Assembly: GCA_001465015.1 (NCBI GenBank)
Contig: LNEO01000143.1
Location: 62,864-126,863, forward strand
Reading direction: 5' to 3'
DNA from: Deltaproteobacteria bacterium Ga0077539
Lineage (GTDB): Bacteria; Myxococcota_A; Polyangia; Polyangiales; Ga0077539
DNA: 64,000 bases
Shown here: in pieces, positions 8,859 through 17,510 of the stretch
Layout of the letters: each line of letters starts with the position of its first letter
Numbering within the stretch: position 1 is the stretch's first letter
Translations under genes and position numbers: made by a program
The notes under the pieces: model-generated
Seen by the model: the letters and a program-made list of their open reading frames with translations, nothing else
Told to the model about the DNA's origin: nothing
Database searches by the model: none

Positions 8859-10391
8859 TTGGAAGCGCTGGTCTCGTTGGTTGGCGCTGGGCCGGGTGAC
8901 CCGATGCTGATCACCCTCGCCGGCGTGCGCGCATTAGCGCGAGCAGACGTGGTGTTGTTCGACGCGCTCGTGCACCCTGCGCTGCTCGCGCACGCGCGCC
9001 CGCAGGCCGAACGTGTGTTCGTGGGCAAGCGCGCCGGTCACGAGGGCATCCGCCAAGACGAGATCAACGCGCTCATGCTCTCGTACGTGAAGCGAGGGAT
9101 GGCGGTGTGTCGGCTCAAGGGCGGCGATCCTTTGCTGTTCGGACGCGGGTCGGAGGAGGCCGAATTTCTCGAGGCGAACGGGGTCTCGTTCGAGGTCGTG
9201 CCTGGCGTGAGCTCGGTGCTGGGCGCGACGGCCTACGCCGGAATCCCCCTCACCCATCGCGAGCACTCGTCCTCGGTCGCGTTCATCACGAGCAGCGAGC
9301 ACGCGAACAAGCAGGCGAGCGCGCACGACTGGACCAAGCTCGCGACCGCGACGCAGACGCTCGTGTTGTTCATGGGCGTTCGTCGCGTGCGCAGCGAGAT
9401 GCAGCGCCTTGTCGAGCACGGCCGCGATCCAAGCACGCCGGCCGCCGTCATCGAGCGGGGCACGTTCGCGCGGCAGCGCGTGGTCGTGGGGACCATCGCC
9501 GACCTCGCGGATCGCTGCGAGGCCGAAGACATCGGAGCGCCGGCGCTCGTGATCGTCGGCGCGGTCGTCACGCTCCGCGACGCGTTGCGGTGGTGGGATC
9601 GGCAGCCGTTGATCGGCGCGTGCGTGGCAGTTACGAGGCCCCGGGCGCAGAGAGCAGAGCTCTCATCGTTGCTCTCGGAGCGCGGCGCCGAGCCGCTCGA
9701 GCTTCCGGCGATCGAGCCGTGCGACGCTGACGTGAGCTCGTTGCGTGCCGCTGCGAAGCGCGCTGGCGAGTTCGACGTGATCGCGTTTTCGAGCGCGAAC
9801 GGCGTGGAGTATTTCTTTCGAGCGCTCGCCGAGCAGGACCTCGACGCGCGCGCGTTGGGCAAGGCGAAGGTGGCGTGCATCGGCGCGGCGACCGCGATGC
9901 GCCTTCGAACGTTTGGGGTCCGCGCAGATTCCGTGGCGACCGAGGCGGTGGGTGAAGGGTTGGTCGTCGCAGCGCGCGCTTTGCTCGGCGACAAGCTCGA
10001 GGGCGCTCGCGTGCTCGTTCCGCGGGCGGCGCGGGGTCGGGACATCGTCGTCCGCGCGTTGATCGACGCCGGCGCGTCGGTCGAGCTCGTGCGGGCATAC
10101 GACACGCGCGTCGACGCCGATGGGCTCGCCCCGTTGCGAGTCGCGCTCGAGTCCGGCGCGATCGACGCGATCACGTTTGCCTCGGGTTCTGCGGTGGACG
10201 CTGCGTTCGACACGCTCGGCGAAGACGCTGCGCAGCTGCTTTCGCCGGTGACGATCGCCACGATCGGTCCGGTCACGAGCGACGCGGTTCGCGCGCGTGG
10301 AGGGGTCGTTGGTTGCGAGGCCACCGAGGCGAGCGATCGTGGGATCGTCGCAGCGCTCGAAGCTCACTACCGCCTCGCCCGAGGCCCGTAG
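8859..10391 (+). CDS. cobA/hemD: Uroporphyrinogen-III C-methyltransferase / uroporphyrinogen-III synthase fusion
   Basis: LVGAGPGDP, RLKGGDPLLFGRGSEE, VPGVSS; C-terminal HemD domain (VTRP, FSSANGV, TFASGSAV, IGPVT). Confidence 0.93.
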   Translation: MEALVSLVGAGPGDPMLITLAGVRALARADVVLFDALVHPALLAHARPQAERVFVGKRAGHEGIRQDEINALMLSYVKRGMAVCRLKGGDPLLFGRGSEEAEFLEANGVSFEVVPGVSSVLGATAYAGIPLTHREHSSSVAFITSSEHANKQASAHDWTKLATATQTLVLFMGVRRVRSEMQRLVEHGRDPSTPAAVIERGTFARQRVVVGTIADLADRCEAEDIGAPALVIVGAVVTLRDALRWWDRQPLIGACVAVTRPRAQRAELSSLLSERGAEPLELPAIEPCDADVSSLRAAAKRAGEFDVIAFSSANGVEYFFRALAEQDLDARALGKAKVACIGAATAMRLRTFGVRADSVATEAVGEGLVVAARALLGDKLEGARVLVPRAARGRDIVVRALIDAGASVELVRAYDTRVDADGLAPLRVALESGAIDAITFASGSAVDAAFDTLGEDAAQLLSPVTIATIGPVTSDAVRARGGVVGCEATEASDRGIVAALEAHYRLARGP

Positions 10392-10394
10392 ACT

Positions 10395-11534
10395 TCAGCG
10401 TGCGGCTCGGACTCTGGGGATCACGCGCTCGATCACCGTCGCTGCGTCGCCGAGCATCGCCTCGGTGGTCGACGGCGCAAGCGTGACGCGGAGCGCTCCT
10501 TGGAGCAGTCGCTCGAGGGCGGGAAACATCGCGACGAGCGCCTTGCTCACACCCGCGCGCCCCGACGAGCACGCCGGCCCGGACGACACGCACAGGCCGT
10601 CGAGGTCGAGCGCCGCGACGAGCTCTTCTCCTGCGATTTCGCTGACGATAAAGTGTGCGGCGGTCGCGGTGCGGACGATCGGCGCGGCCGTCGAGCGAAC
10701 GCCGTCGATCGCGAGGACGCGCGCTTCGAACGCGTCGCGCCGCCGCGCGAGCTCGGGCATCGCCGCGAGTCGTTGCGGGATCTCTTCCGCTGCGGCGCCG
10801 AACCCGATGATGCCGAGGGTGTTCTCAGTTCCGGCGCGGAGTCCGCGCTCCTGCGCGCCGCCTTCGGTGAGCGGCGCTGCTCGGCGATCGTGACGCAGCC
10901 ACGCGGCGCCGACGCCTGTCGGACCGCCGACCTTGTGCGCAGAGATCGCTGCGGCGACCGCCCCCGTTGCGCCCAGATCGACCGGGATTTTTCCAAGCGC
11001 TTGAACCGCGTCGAGCACGACGACCGCGCCGTGCTTCTGTGCGGCGTCGATGATCGAACGGATGTTCGCGATCGCGCCGAGCTCGTGCTGGACCCAGCTC
11101 ACTGCGACCAGCGCGGGCTGCGGCGCGTCGGCGAGCGCCGGGGCGAGGGCCTCGACGTCGACTGCCCCGAGCGCTGTCGGCGCGAGGGTCTGCGCCGTGG
11201 TGCCGAGCAATTTCGCTGCGCTTCGGCAGGCGGCTTCGAGCGCCGGGTGCGCTCCAGGGTCGACGAAGAACGCGCGAACGGGCGTCGTCGTCGCCGTCGA
11301 ATGAACGGCGAGGTGCAGCGCCTCGGTCCCTCCGCTGGTGAACACGAGCTCGCGCGCCATCGCGCCGCACCGCGATGCGATTCGAGAGCGCGCAGCTTCG
11401 ATGAGACCTCGCGTCGCGCGTCCCGCGCGGTGAATGCTCGAGGGATTGGCGAGCTCGCGCTCGAGGGCGCCGCGGATCGCGTCCTTCGCGGCGCTCGAGA
11501 GCGGCGTTGTCCCGTGGTGGTCCAGGTAGATCAT
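10395..11534 (-). CDS. iscS: Group I cysteine desulfurase (IscS/NifS-like)
   Basis: IYLDHHGTTP, NPSSIH, FTSGGTE, DAVQ, SAHKVGGP, RAGTEN, SSGPACSSG. Confidence 0.88.
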   Translation of the reverse strand: MIYLDHHGTTPLSSAAKDAIRGALERELANPSSIHRAGRATRGLIEAARSRIASRCGAMARELVFTSGGTEALHLAVHSTATTTPVRAFFVDPGAHPALEAACRSAAKLLGTTAQTLAPTALGAVDVEALAPALADAPQPALVAVSWVQHELGAIANIRSIIDAAQKHGAVVVLDAVQALGKIPVDLGATGAVAAAISAHKVGGPTGVGAAWLRHDRRAAPLTEGGAQERGLRAGTENTLGIIGFGAAAEEIPQRLAAMPELARRRDAFEARVLAIDGVRSTAAPIVRTATAAHFIVSEIAGEELVAALDLDGLCVSSGPACSSGRAGVSKALVAMFPALERLLQGALRVTLAPSTTEAMLGDAATVIERVIPRVRAAR

Positions 11535-11551
11535 CGACGTTCAGCGCTTGG

Positions 11552-12772
11552 TCAGAGAATGTCCAAGCTCTGCGGCTCCATCGGGGGTCTGGGGGCGCGC
11601 GCGACTTGGACTCGCACGAGCAGTCCGCCGAAGGCTTGTCCTGCCACGAGCTCTCGTCCGCCGAGCTCGGCGCTGACGCTTCCGCCGTGCGCCTCGACGA
11701 CGCGTCGAACGATGGCGAGGCCGACGCCCGCGCCTTCGTGCTGGCGCGTGGTCGAGCCATCGCCCTGAAAAAACGGCTCGAAGATCTTGCTGACGACGTC
11801 GGCTTTGACGCCTGGGCCGCTGTCGTTGACCAGCACCTCGCACGCCGATGCGTTGACGCGCAGCTCGATCGCGACGGCGCCGCCGGACGGCGTGAACTTG
11901 AGGGCGTTGTCGATCACGTGCGCGATTCCTCGTCGAACGCGCTCGGCGTCTCCGGTCGCTGCCGCCGGGGCCGCGGGGATCATCGCGTAGAGTCGGATGC
12001 CCTTCTGATCGAACACCGGCCGGTAGCTCTCGATCGCTCGCCGCAGGACCGCGGCGAAATCGTAGGGAGCGAACGCGAAGCGCATGCGCCCCGCCTCGAG
12101 CTGTGTGACGTCGAGCAGCGCGTCGATCGTCCCGCGCAAGCGCGTGAGGGCGTCGCTCATCGCGCTGAGCGCCTTGCGCTGCGCGAGCGACAACGAGCCG
12201 AGCTCTTCGTTGGTGAGCAGATTCATGTAGCCGACGATCGGCGTGAGCGGCGTCGCGAGCTCGTGGGTGACGTTGCGGTAGAACTCCTTTCGGAGCCGGT
12301 CGGCTTCGAGCAGGCGCTGATTGGCTTCTGACAGCTCGTGCACCTTGGTCTCGAGGTGCTCGGCCATGCGTTGCCCTTGCGACCGCAGGATGGTCGATGC
12401 CTCGCGGTCGGTACGCTCTCGATGACCGGCCAGGTACTCGTTGATCTGTCGGACGAATTGGCGAACGTCGATCGGTTTGAGCAAGAAGCCGTCGCAACCG
12501 ACCGCGAGCGATTGCGCCCTGTCTCCCTCTGCGGTGATGGCGACGATCGGAACGCCAGGCAGCCGCCCCCTGAGCAGCATCGCGACCTCGTATCCGTCCA
12601 GGTCGGGAATATTGATGTCGAGCAGGATCAGGTCGGGCTTCACCTCACCCGCGAGCCGGGCCCCTTCGAGTCCCGAAGACGTCTCGACGACGCGGTGGCC
12701 TGCGGCTTGGAGGAGCTTGCGGACGAGCAACAAGCTCTGCGGGTCGTCCTCGACGTGCAGGATGGTGGCCAC
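11552..12772 (-). CDS. Hybrid receiver-histidine kinase with no sensor domain
   Basis: Receiver (VEDD, LLDINIP, KP), H-box HELATPL, NALKFT, DSGPG, FEPFFQ, GVGLAI. Confidence 0.93.
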   Translation of the reverse strand: MATILHVEDDPQSLLLVRKLLQAAGHRVVETSSGLEGARLAGEVKPDLILLDINIPDLDGYEVAMLLRGRLPGVPIVAITAEGDRAQSLAVGCDGFLLKPIDVRQFVRQINEYLAGHRERTDREASTILRSQGQRMAEHLETKVHELSEANQRLLEADRLRKEFYRNVTHELATPLTPIVGYMNLLTNEELGSLSLAQRKALSAMSDALTRLRGTIDALLDVTQLEAGRMRFAFAPYDFAAVLRRAIESYRPVFDQKGIRLYAMIPAAPAAATGDAERVRRGIAHVIDNALKFTPSGGAVAIELRVNASACEVLVNDSGPGVKADVVSKIFEPFFQGDGSTTRQHEGAGVGLAIVRRVVEAHGGSVSAELGGRELVAGQAFGGLLVRVQVARAPRPPMEPQSLDIL

Positions 12773-12891
12773 GACGGAAAGTTGCCAGAATGCGACCGCC
12801 GAAGAAAGGCGCGAGTTCGTCGGGCGGGAGACAAGATCACGATAGCGTCGCGGCCGCGGCGGCGTACGATGGAGGGCAGCGGCGGCGTGCC

Positions 12892-14145
12892 ATGGCGACG
12901 GACGTAGTGCGACGACTCGTATACGAGGGACTGCTCACCGAGGCGGAGGCTTCGGCGGTGGTCGCGCGACGTGCGATGTACGGAGAGCCAGCGCCGGTCG
13001 CGTTGGTCGCGACGGGCTCAGCTGCGGCAGGGACGCTGTCAGCGCTGTTCGAGCGGCTCGGATACATGCCAGCGTCGCGGCTGCGTCCGTCGAACCACGC
13101 GCGGCTCTTGCCGAAGGGCTTGCAGCGAACGCTGTGGGTCGTTCCGATCGGAGAGAGCCCGGAGGGCGTCGTCGTCGCGATGGTCGATCCGACCGACGCG
13201 CATGCGCTGCGAGAGCTGCGGTTTCACCTGCGGCGCGCGATCGATCCGCGCGTGGCTGAAATGGACGCGCTGCGCGCGGTGGTGTTCGAGATCGATCCGC
13301 CGGCCGAAGGAAAGGTCAACACGCGTCCGGCGCCCGGCGGCGCGCCCCCTGCGCAGGGCGACGACGCGCAATGGAGCGCGGGTTCGGTCGAGGTGTTCCA
13401 GCGCGAAGTGGTGGGGCTGGTCAGGCCGCGAGAGCGGGCGGTTACGCCTCCCTACGGGCAACCTGTGGTGCAGGGCCCGAACAGCTCCTGGGGCCGAGGC
13501 CGAAGCGACGTCGTGAAGATGGAAGACGCCTCCATCACGCTCGGGGCGACGCGTGCGCGAACCATGGTGTCATCGACGCCGAGTCGCGGCGTCGACAAGG
13601 CGATTCCGATTCGTCGCCGGTCGTCGAAGTCGCGGGCTGCTGTGGAGCTCCCGCGCGAGGCGCTGCACCCACTCGGAGAGTTGAAGGTCGCCGAGGATCG
13701 AGACGCGATCGCGCGGGTGTGCGTCAAGGCGCTGTCGCTGGTCGGCGAGCGAGCGGTGTTCTTCGTTGTGAAAAAGGGCGTCGTACAAGGGTGGGACGGC
13801 GCCTGCGCAAACGCATCTCTCGCAGGACTGTCGAAAGAAGCGCTGCAAAATCTCTGGATTCCGATCACGTCGCGGTCGGTCTTTCGTACGTGCGTCGAGG
13901 GCTCGGGTCGCTTCGAGGGCGCGCTGACGGACTCGAGCGCGGACTCGATCATCGCAGCGGCGCTCGGCGGTCGACCGTCCCGTGTGGTCGTCGCGGCGAT
14001 CGAAGTGCGCGGCCGGGTTGTGGCGTTTCTGTACGTCGACAACGCGGATGACGTCGACGCAGCGCGTGCGCGCGTGGGCGAGCTGTGCGCGGCCGCGGCA
14101 GACGCGTTCGAGCGATTGCTGCTCTCGACCCGCGGCGATCGCTGA
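12892..14145 (+). CDS. GspE/PilB N-terminal (T2SSE_N-like) domain protein without ATPase; GAF-like C-terminal domain
   Basis: VVPIG...VVAMVDPTD...LRFHL motif; no Walker A; C-terminus ends GRVVAFLYVD. Confidence 0.65.
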   Translation: MATDVVRRLVYEGLLTEAEASAVVARRAMYGEPAPVALVATGSAAAGTLSALFERLGYMPASRLRPSNHARLLPKGLQRTLWVVPIGESPEGVVVAMVDPTDAHALRELRFHLRRAIDPRVAEMDALRAVVFEIDPPAEGKVNTRPAPGGAPPAQGDDAQWSAGSVEVFQREVVGLVRPRERAVTPPYGQPVVQGPNSSWGRGRSDVVKMEDASITLGATRARTMVSSTPSRGVDKAIPIRRRSSKSRAAVELPREALHPLGELKVAEDRDAIARVCVKALSLVGERAVFFVVKKGVVQGWDGACANASLAGLSKEALQNLWIPITSRSVFRTCVEGSGRFEGALTDSSADSIIAAALGGRPSRVVVAAIEVRGRVVAFLYVDNADDVDAARARVGELCAAAADAFERLLLSTRGDR

Positions 14146-14364
14146 CGGCCAAGCGGCCCCTCGCCGGCTCCGCGCGGCGTCCTCCGTCGTTGCGCGGTCG
14201 GTGGACTCGCGTTCAACGACGCCGATCCCACGCGAGCATCGATCGTGCTGCAGCGGTGCTCCGCTGAAGCGCGCATTCGCTGCGCGGCGTGCGGTGGGCG
14301 AGCGATGAGGGGTGCCGCCGTCGCGCGGACAGAGGTACAACGCTCCGCGGAGAAGAGATCAGCG

Positions 14365-16053
14365 ATGACCGATCGAGAGCAGCAAAAGCGCGACGACAAC
14401 GAATTCGAAGCGGCGCTCGAGCAGTGGAAGACCGAGCGGCTCGACCCGCTCGAGAAGCAGAGCGCTCCGCGGAAGCGAGCGGGGTTGCTCGCGGGCGGCG
14501 CCGACACCGAGCTTCTGTACACAGCGTCGGACGTCGCGAAGATCGACCGCGTGCGTGACGTGGGATTTCCCGGACAGGCGCCGTTCGTTCGCGGAGTGCA
14601 GGCGAACATGTACCGCGGTCGTCTGTGGACGATGCGGCAGTACGCAGGATTCGGCACGGCCAAGGCGTCCAACGAGCGGTATCGAATGCTGCTCGCGAAG
14701 GGACAGACCGGACTGTCTGTGGCCTTCGACCTGCCGACGCAGATGGGTCGAGACAGCGACCACCCGATGTCGCTCGGCGAGGTCGGAAAGGTTGGAGTCG
14801 CGATCGATTCGATCGAGGACATGGAGGTGCTGCTCGACAGCATTCCGCTCGATCAGGTCTCGACGTCGATGACCATCAATTCAACCGCCGGCATCCTGCT
14901 CGCGCTGTACGTCGCCGTGGCGAAGCGGCGAGGGATCGCAGCGGAGAAGCTACGCGGCACGATCCAAAACGACCTGCTCAAAGAGTATATCGCGCGAGGG
15001 ACGTACATCTTTCCGCCGAAGCACTCGCTCGATCTGACCGGCGACATCTTTCGCTGGGCAAACACCGCGGTCCCGAAGTGGAACGTGATCTCTGTCTCCG
15101 GCTATCACATGCGCGAGGCCGGCTGCGACGCGATTCAAGAGGTCGCCTTCACGCTCGCGAACGGCGTCGAGTACGTCGAGACCGCGCTGCGTGCGGGGCT
15201 CAAAGCGGAGGCTTTCGCCTCGCAGCTGAGCTTCTTCTTCAACGTCCACAACAACCTGCTCGAAGAGGTCGCGAAGTTTCGCGCGGCGCGGCGGCTGTGG
15301 TCGGACTTGATGCACGAGCGCTTCGGCGTGACCAGCGATCGAGCGCGAGCGCTGAAGTTTCACTGCCAGACCGCGGGCGCGACGCTCACCGCGCAGCAGC
15401 CGCTCAACAACGTCGTGCGCGTGACGATCCAAGCGCTCGCGGCGGTGCTCGGCGGTTGCCAATCGCTGCACACCAACAGCTTCGACGAGGCGCTCGGCCT
15501 GCCTACGGAGCAGTCGGCGACGATCGCGCTGCGCACCCAGCAGATCATCGGCGCAGAGTCCGGGGCGGCGGACACCGTCGATCCGCTGGGCGGCAGCTTC
15601 GCGATCGAGTCGCTCACGCAGCGCATCTACGACGGCGCGCGCAAGTACCTCGAGCAGGTCCGCGAGATGGGCGGAATGGTCATCGCGATCGAGCGCGGCT
15701 TCGTGCAGCGCGAGATCCAGGACGCGAGCTACCGATACCAGCTCGAGATCGAAGACGGTCGTCGGCCGATCGTCGGGCTCAACGTGCACAAGGGCAGCGA
15801 TCAACCAGTTCCGGTGATGAAGATCGACCCCGCGCTCGAACGCGAGCAGGTCGCCCGGGTTCAGGCGGTCAGGGCCAACCGCGACGCGCAGAATGCGTCG
15901 GCGGCGGTGGCCGAGGTCGAACGCCGCGCGAGGCAGGGCGAATCGGTCATGCCGGCCATCTTGGACGCCGTCGAAGCGCGATGCACCGTCGGCGAAGTCT
16001 CCGACGCCCTGCGCAGAGTCTTCGGCGAACACGTCGAAATCCGCACCGTCTGA
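14365..16053 (+). CDS. Methylmalonyl-CoA mutase, substrate-binding large subunit (split type, no B12-binding domain)
   Basis: [54 protein letters not shown]; no DxHxxG; Tyr/Arg determinants favour methylmalonyl-CoA. Confidence 0.92.
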   Translation: MTDREQQKRDDNEFEAALEQWKTERLDPLEKQSAPRKRAGLLAGGADTELLYTASDVAKIDRVRDVGFPGQAPFVRGVQANMYRGRLWTMRQYAGFGTAKASNERYRMLLAKGQTGLSVAFDLPTQMGRDSDHPMSLGEVGKVGVAIDSIEDMEVLLDSIPLDQVSTSMTINSTAGILLALYVAVAKRRGIAAEKLRGTIQNDLLKEYIARGTYIFPPKHSLDLTGDIFRWANTAVPKWNVISVSGYHMREAGCDAIQEVAFTLANGVEYVETALRAGLKAEAFASQLSFFFNVHNNLLEEVAKFRAARRLWSDLMHERFGVTSDRARALKFHCQTAGATLTAQQPLNNVVRVTIQALAAVLGGCQSLHTNSFDEALGLPTEQSATIALRTQQIIGAESGAADTVDPLGGSFAIESLTQRIYDGARKYLEQVREMGGMVIAIERGFVQREIQDASYRYQLEIEDGRRPIVGLNVHKGSDQPVPVMKIDPALEREQVARVQAVRANRDAQNASAAVAEVERRARQGESVMPAILDAVEARCTVGEVSDALRRVFGEHVEIRTV

Positions 16054-16340
16054 GGCTCGATGCCACCGCGGTCAGGACCGCGATTCATTTCTCTCGAACG
16101 CCGTCGCTGGTCCGTCTTCGAGGTCGATCGCTGTCGCGGGACCATGTGGGGTGGGCGCGCACCGCGGCAGAGCAGCGGTGCCAGTCGTTGAAACGGGCGC
16201 TGAATTGCTGGTGATTCAGCGAAACAACCCTCGCGTTCGATCGGGTGAGCGACGTGCTCGCCCCGGCGGTTCGTCTTCTGTGAACTGCCCTTCGTGAGCG
16301 GTTGGTGAGCTCGCAATGCGGGCGAGCTCTTTCTGCTTTC

Positions 16341-16370
16341 TTGACACTCGCGCTCGTACGCCGATACAAA
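16341..16370 (+). promoter_or_regulatory. Candidate sigma70-type promoter of romR
   Basis: TTGACA (16341-16346), 18 nt spacer, TACAAA; GGAGG at 16441 before GTG 16454. Confidence 0.5.
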
Positions 16371-16453
16371 GCGAAAAACATGCGGCAAAATCGTTGTGGG
16401 GAAGGTGTTCGGAACCCAACGGTTCGATGCTCGCGCGGACGGAGGCTGAGCCC

Positions 16454-17425
16454 GTGACCAAGACCCTGCTCGTGGTCGATGACAGCGCCACGATGCGCAA
16501 GGTGTTCGAATTGACCCTCCTCGGTGAGGAGGTCACCCTCGTCACCCACGATGGAAGCGAGTCGCTTCTTGCGCGAGCGCGGGACGTTCGTCCCTCGGCA
16601 GCGATCGTTGATGTGAGCCTCGGCGCGACGACCGGCTACGACATCTGTCGTGCGCTCAAGTCGGACGCCGTCGTTGGGCGCATTCCGGTCCTCTTGCTCT
16701 TCAGCGAGCAAAACCCGATCGACGAAGCGAAGCTGAAGGACTGTGGCGCTGAAGGGTCGCTCTCCAAGCCGTTCGAGACGCAAGCGCTCATCGATCGGGT
16801 CAAGCAGCTATTGTCGACGAGCCAATCGCAGCTCTCTGCGGTGCAGGCCCCTGCTCCGAAGCAGACGGCGACGATCGGCTCTGCGACGGTCGGAGTAGGT
16901 GCGCCTGCTCCGCCAACGACTGCCGCGCCTGTGAGCCCTCCGGCCGTCGGTGTTGCCAAGCCAGCGAGCGTCGGAGTGCCCTCGGGCATCCCGACCCCTG
17001 GAACGGCACGGCCCAAGGCGACGCAGATGTTCGCGCCCAACGTGGTTCCACCGGCCGCAGCGCCGACGCCACCCGCGGCGCCGACGCCACCCGCGGCGCC
17101 GACGCCGCCGATCGTTGCACCCTCACCCATCGCGGCGCCCAAGCCCGTCGTCGCCCCGCCGAGCGCCATCGTTGCACCGAAGCTGCCTGCTCCGGTGGCG
17201 AGCCCGCCCGAAGCCGCCCCTGCGCCTGCGGTTGCTGCCGCGCCCGCGATCAAGCTGCCCGCGGACCTCGAAAGTAAAGTGGCCGCGCTCGGACTCACCC
17301 CGGTGCAGGTCGAAGCGGTCGCGGCGCTCACCCGCGAGGTCGTCGAGCGCGTCGTGTGGGAGGTCGTTCCCCAGTTGGCCGAGTCGATGATTCGCGAAGA
17401 GCTTCGACGGCTGACGGCGAGCTGA
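16454..17425 (+). CDS. romR: RomR polarity response regulator
   Basis: Receiver domain, Pro/Ala-rich linker, C-terminal REVVERVVWEVVPQLAESMIREEL; directly upstream of valS, as I recall for myxobacteria. Confidence 0.88.
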   Translation: MTKTLLVVDDSATMRKVFELTLLGEEVTLVTHDGSESLLARARDVRPSAAIVDVSLGATTGYDICRALKSDAVVGRIPVLLLFSEQNPIDEAKLKDCGAEGSLSKPFETQALIDRVKQLLSTSQSQLSAVQAPAPKQTATIGSATVGVGAPAPPTTAAPVSPPAVGVAKPASVGVPSGIPTPGTARPKATQMFAPNVVPPAAAPTPPAAPTPPAAPTPPIVAPSPIAAPKPVVAPPSAIVAPKLPAPVASPPEAAPAPAVAAAPAIKLPADLESKVAALGLTPVQVEAVAALTREVVERVVWEVVPQLAESMIREELRRLTAS

Positions 17426-17510
17426 CCGGGCGCGGTCGATTCAACGGCGGGGGACGAAGCGTCGAACAACGGTTGTGTCGCGCGCGCCGTGGAGTTATGG
17501 CGCTCTCGTC

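Noticed and set aside
16054..16340. Cobalamin riboswitch near the mutase gene
   Set aside because: Region is downstream of the gene and I could not find B12-box or GGGAA/GCCACTG core motifs.
17060..17110. 18-bp triple repeat in romR
   Set aside because: Encodes AAPTPP in the Pro-rich linker; ordinary.
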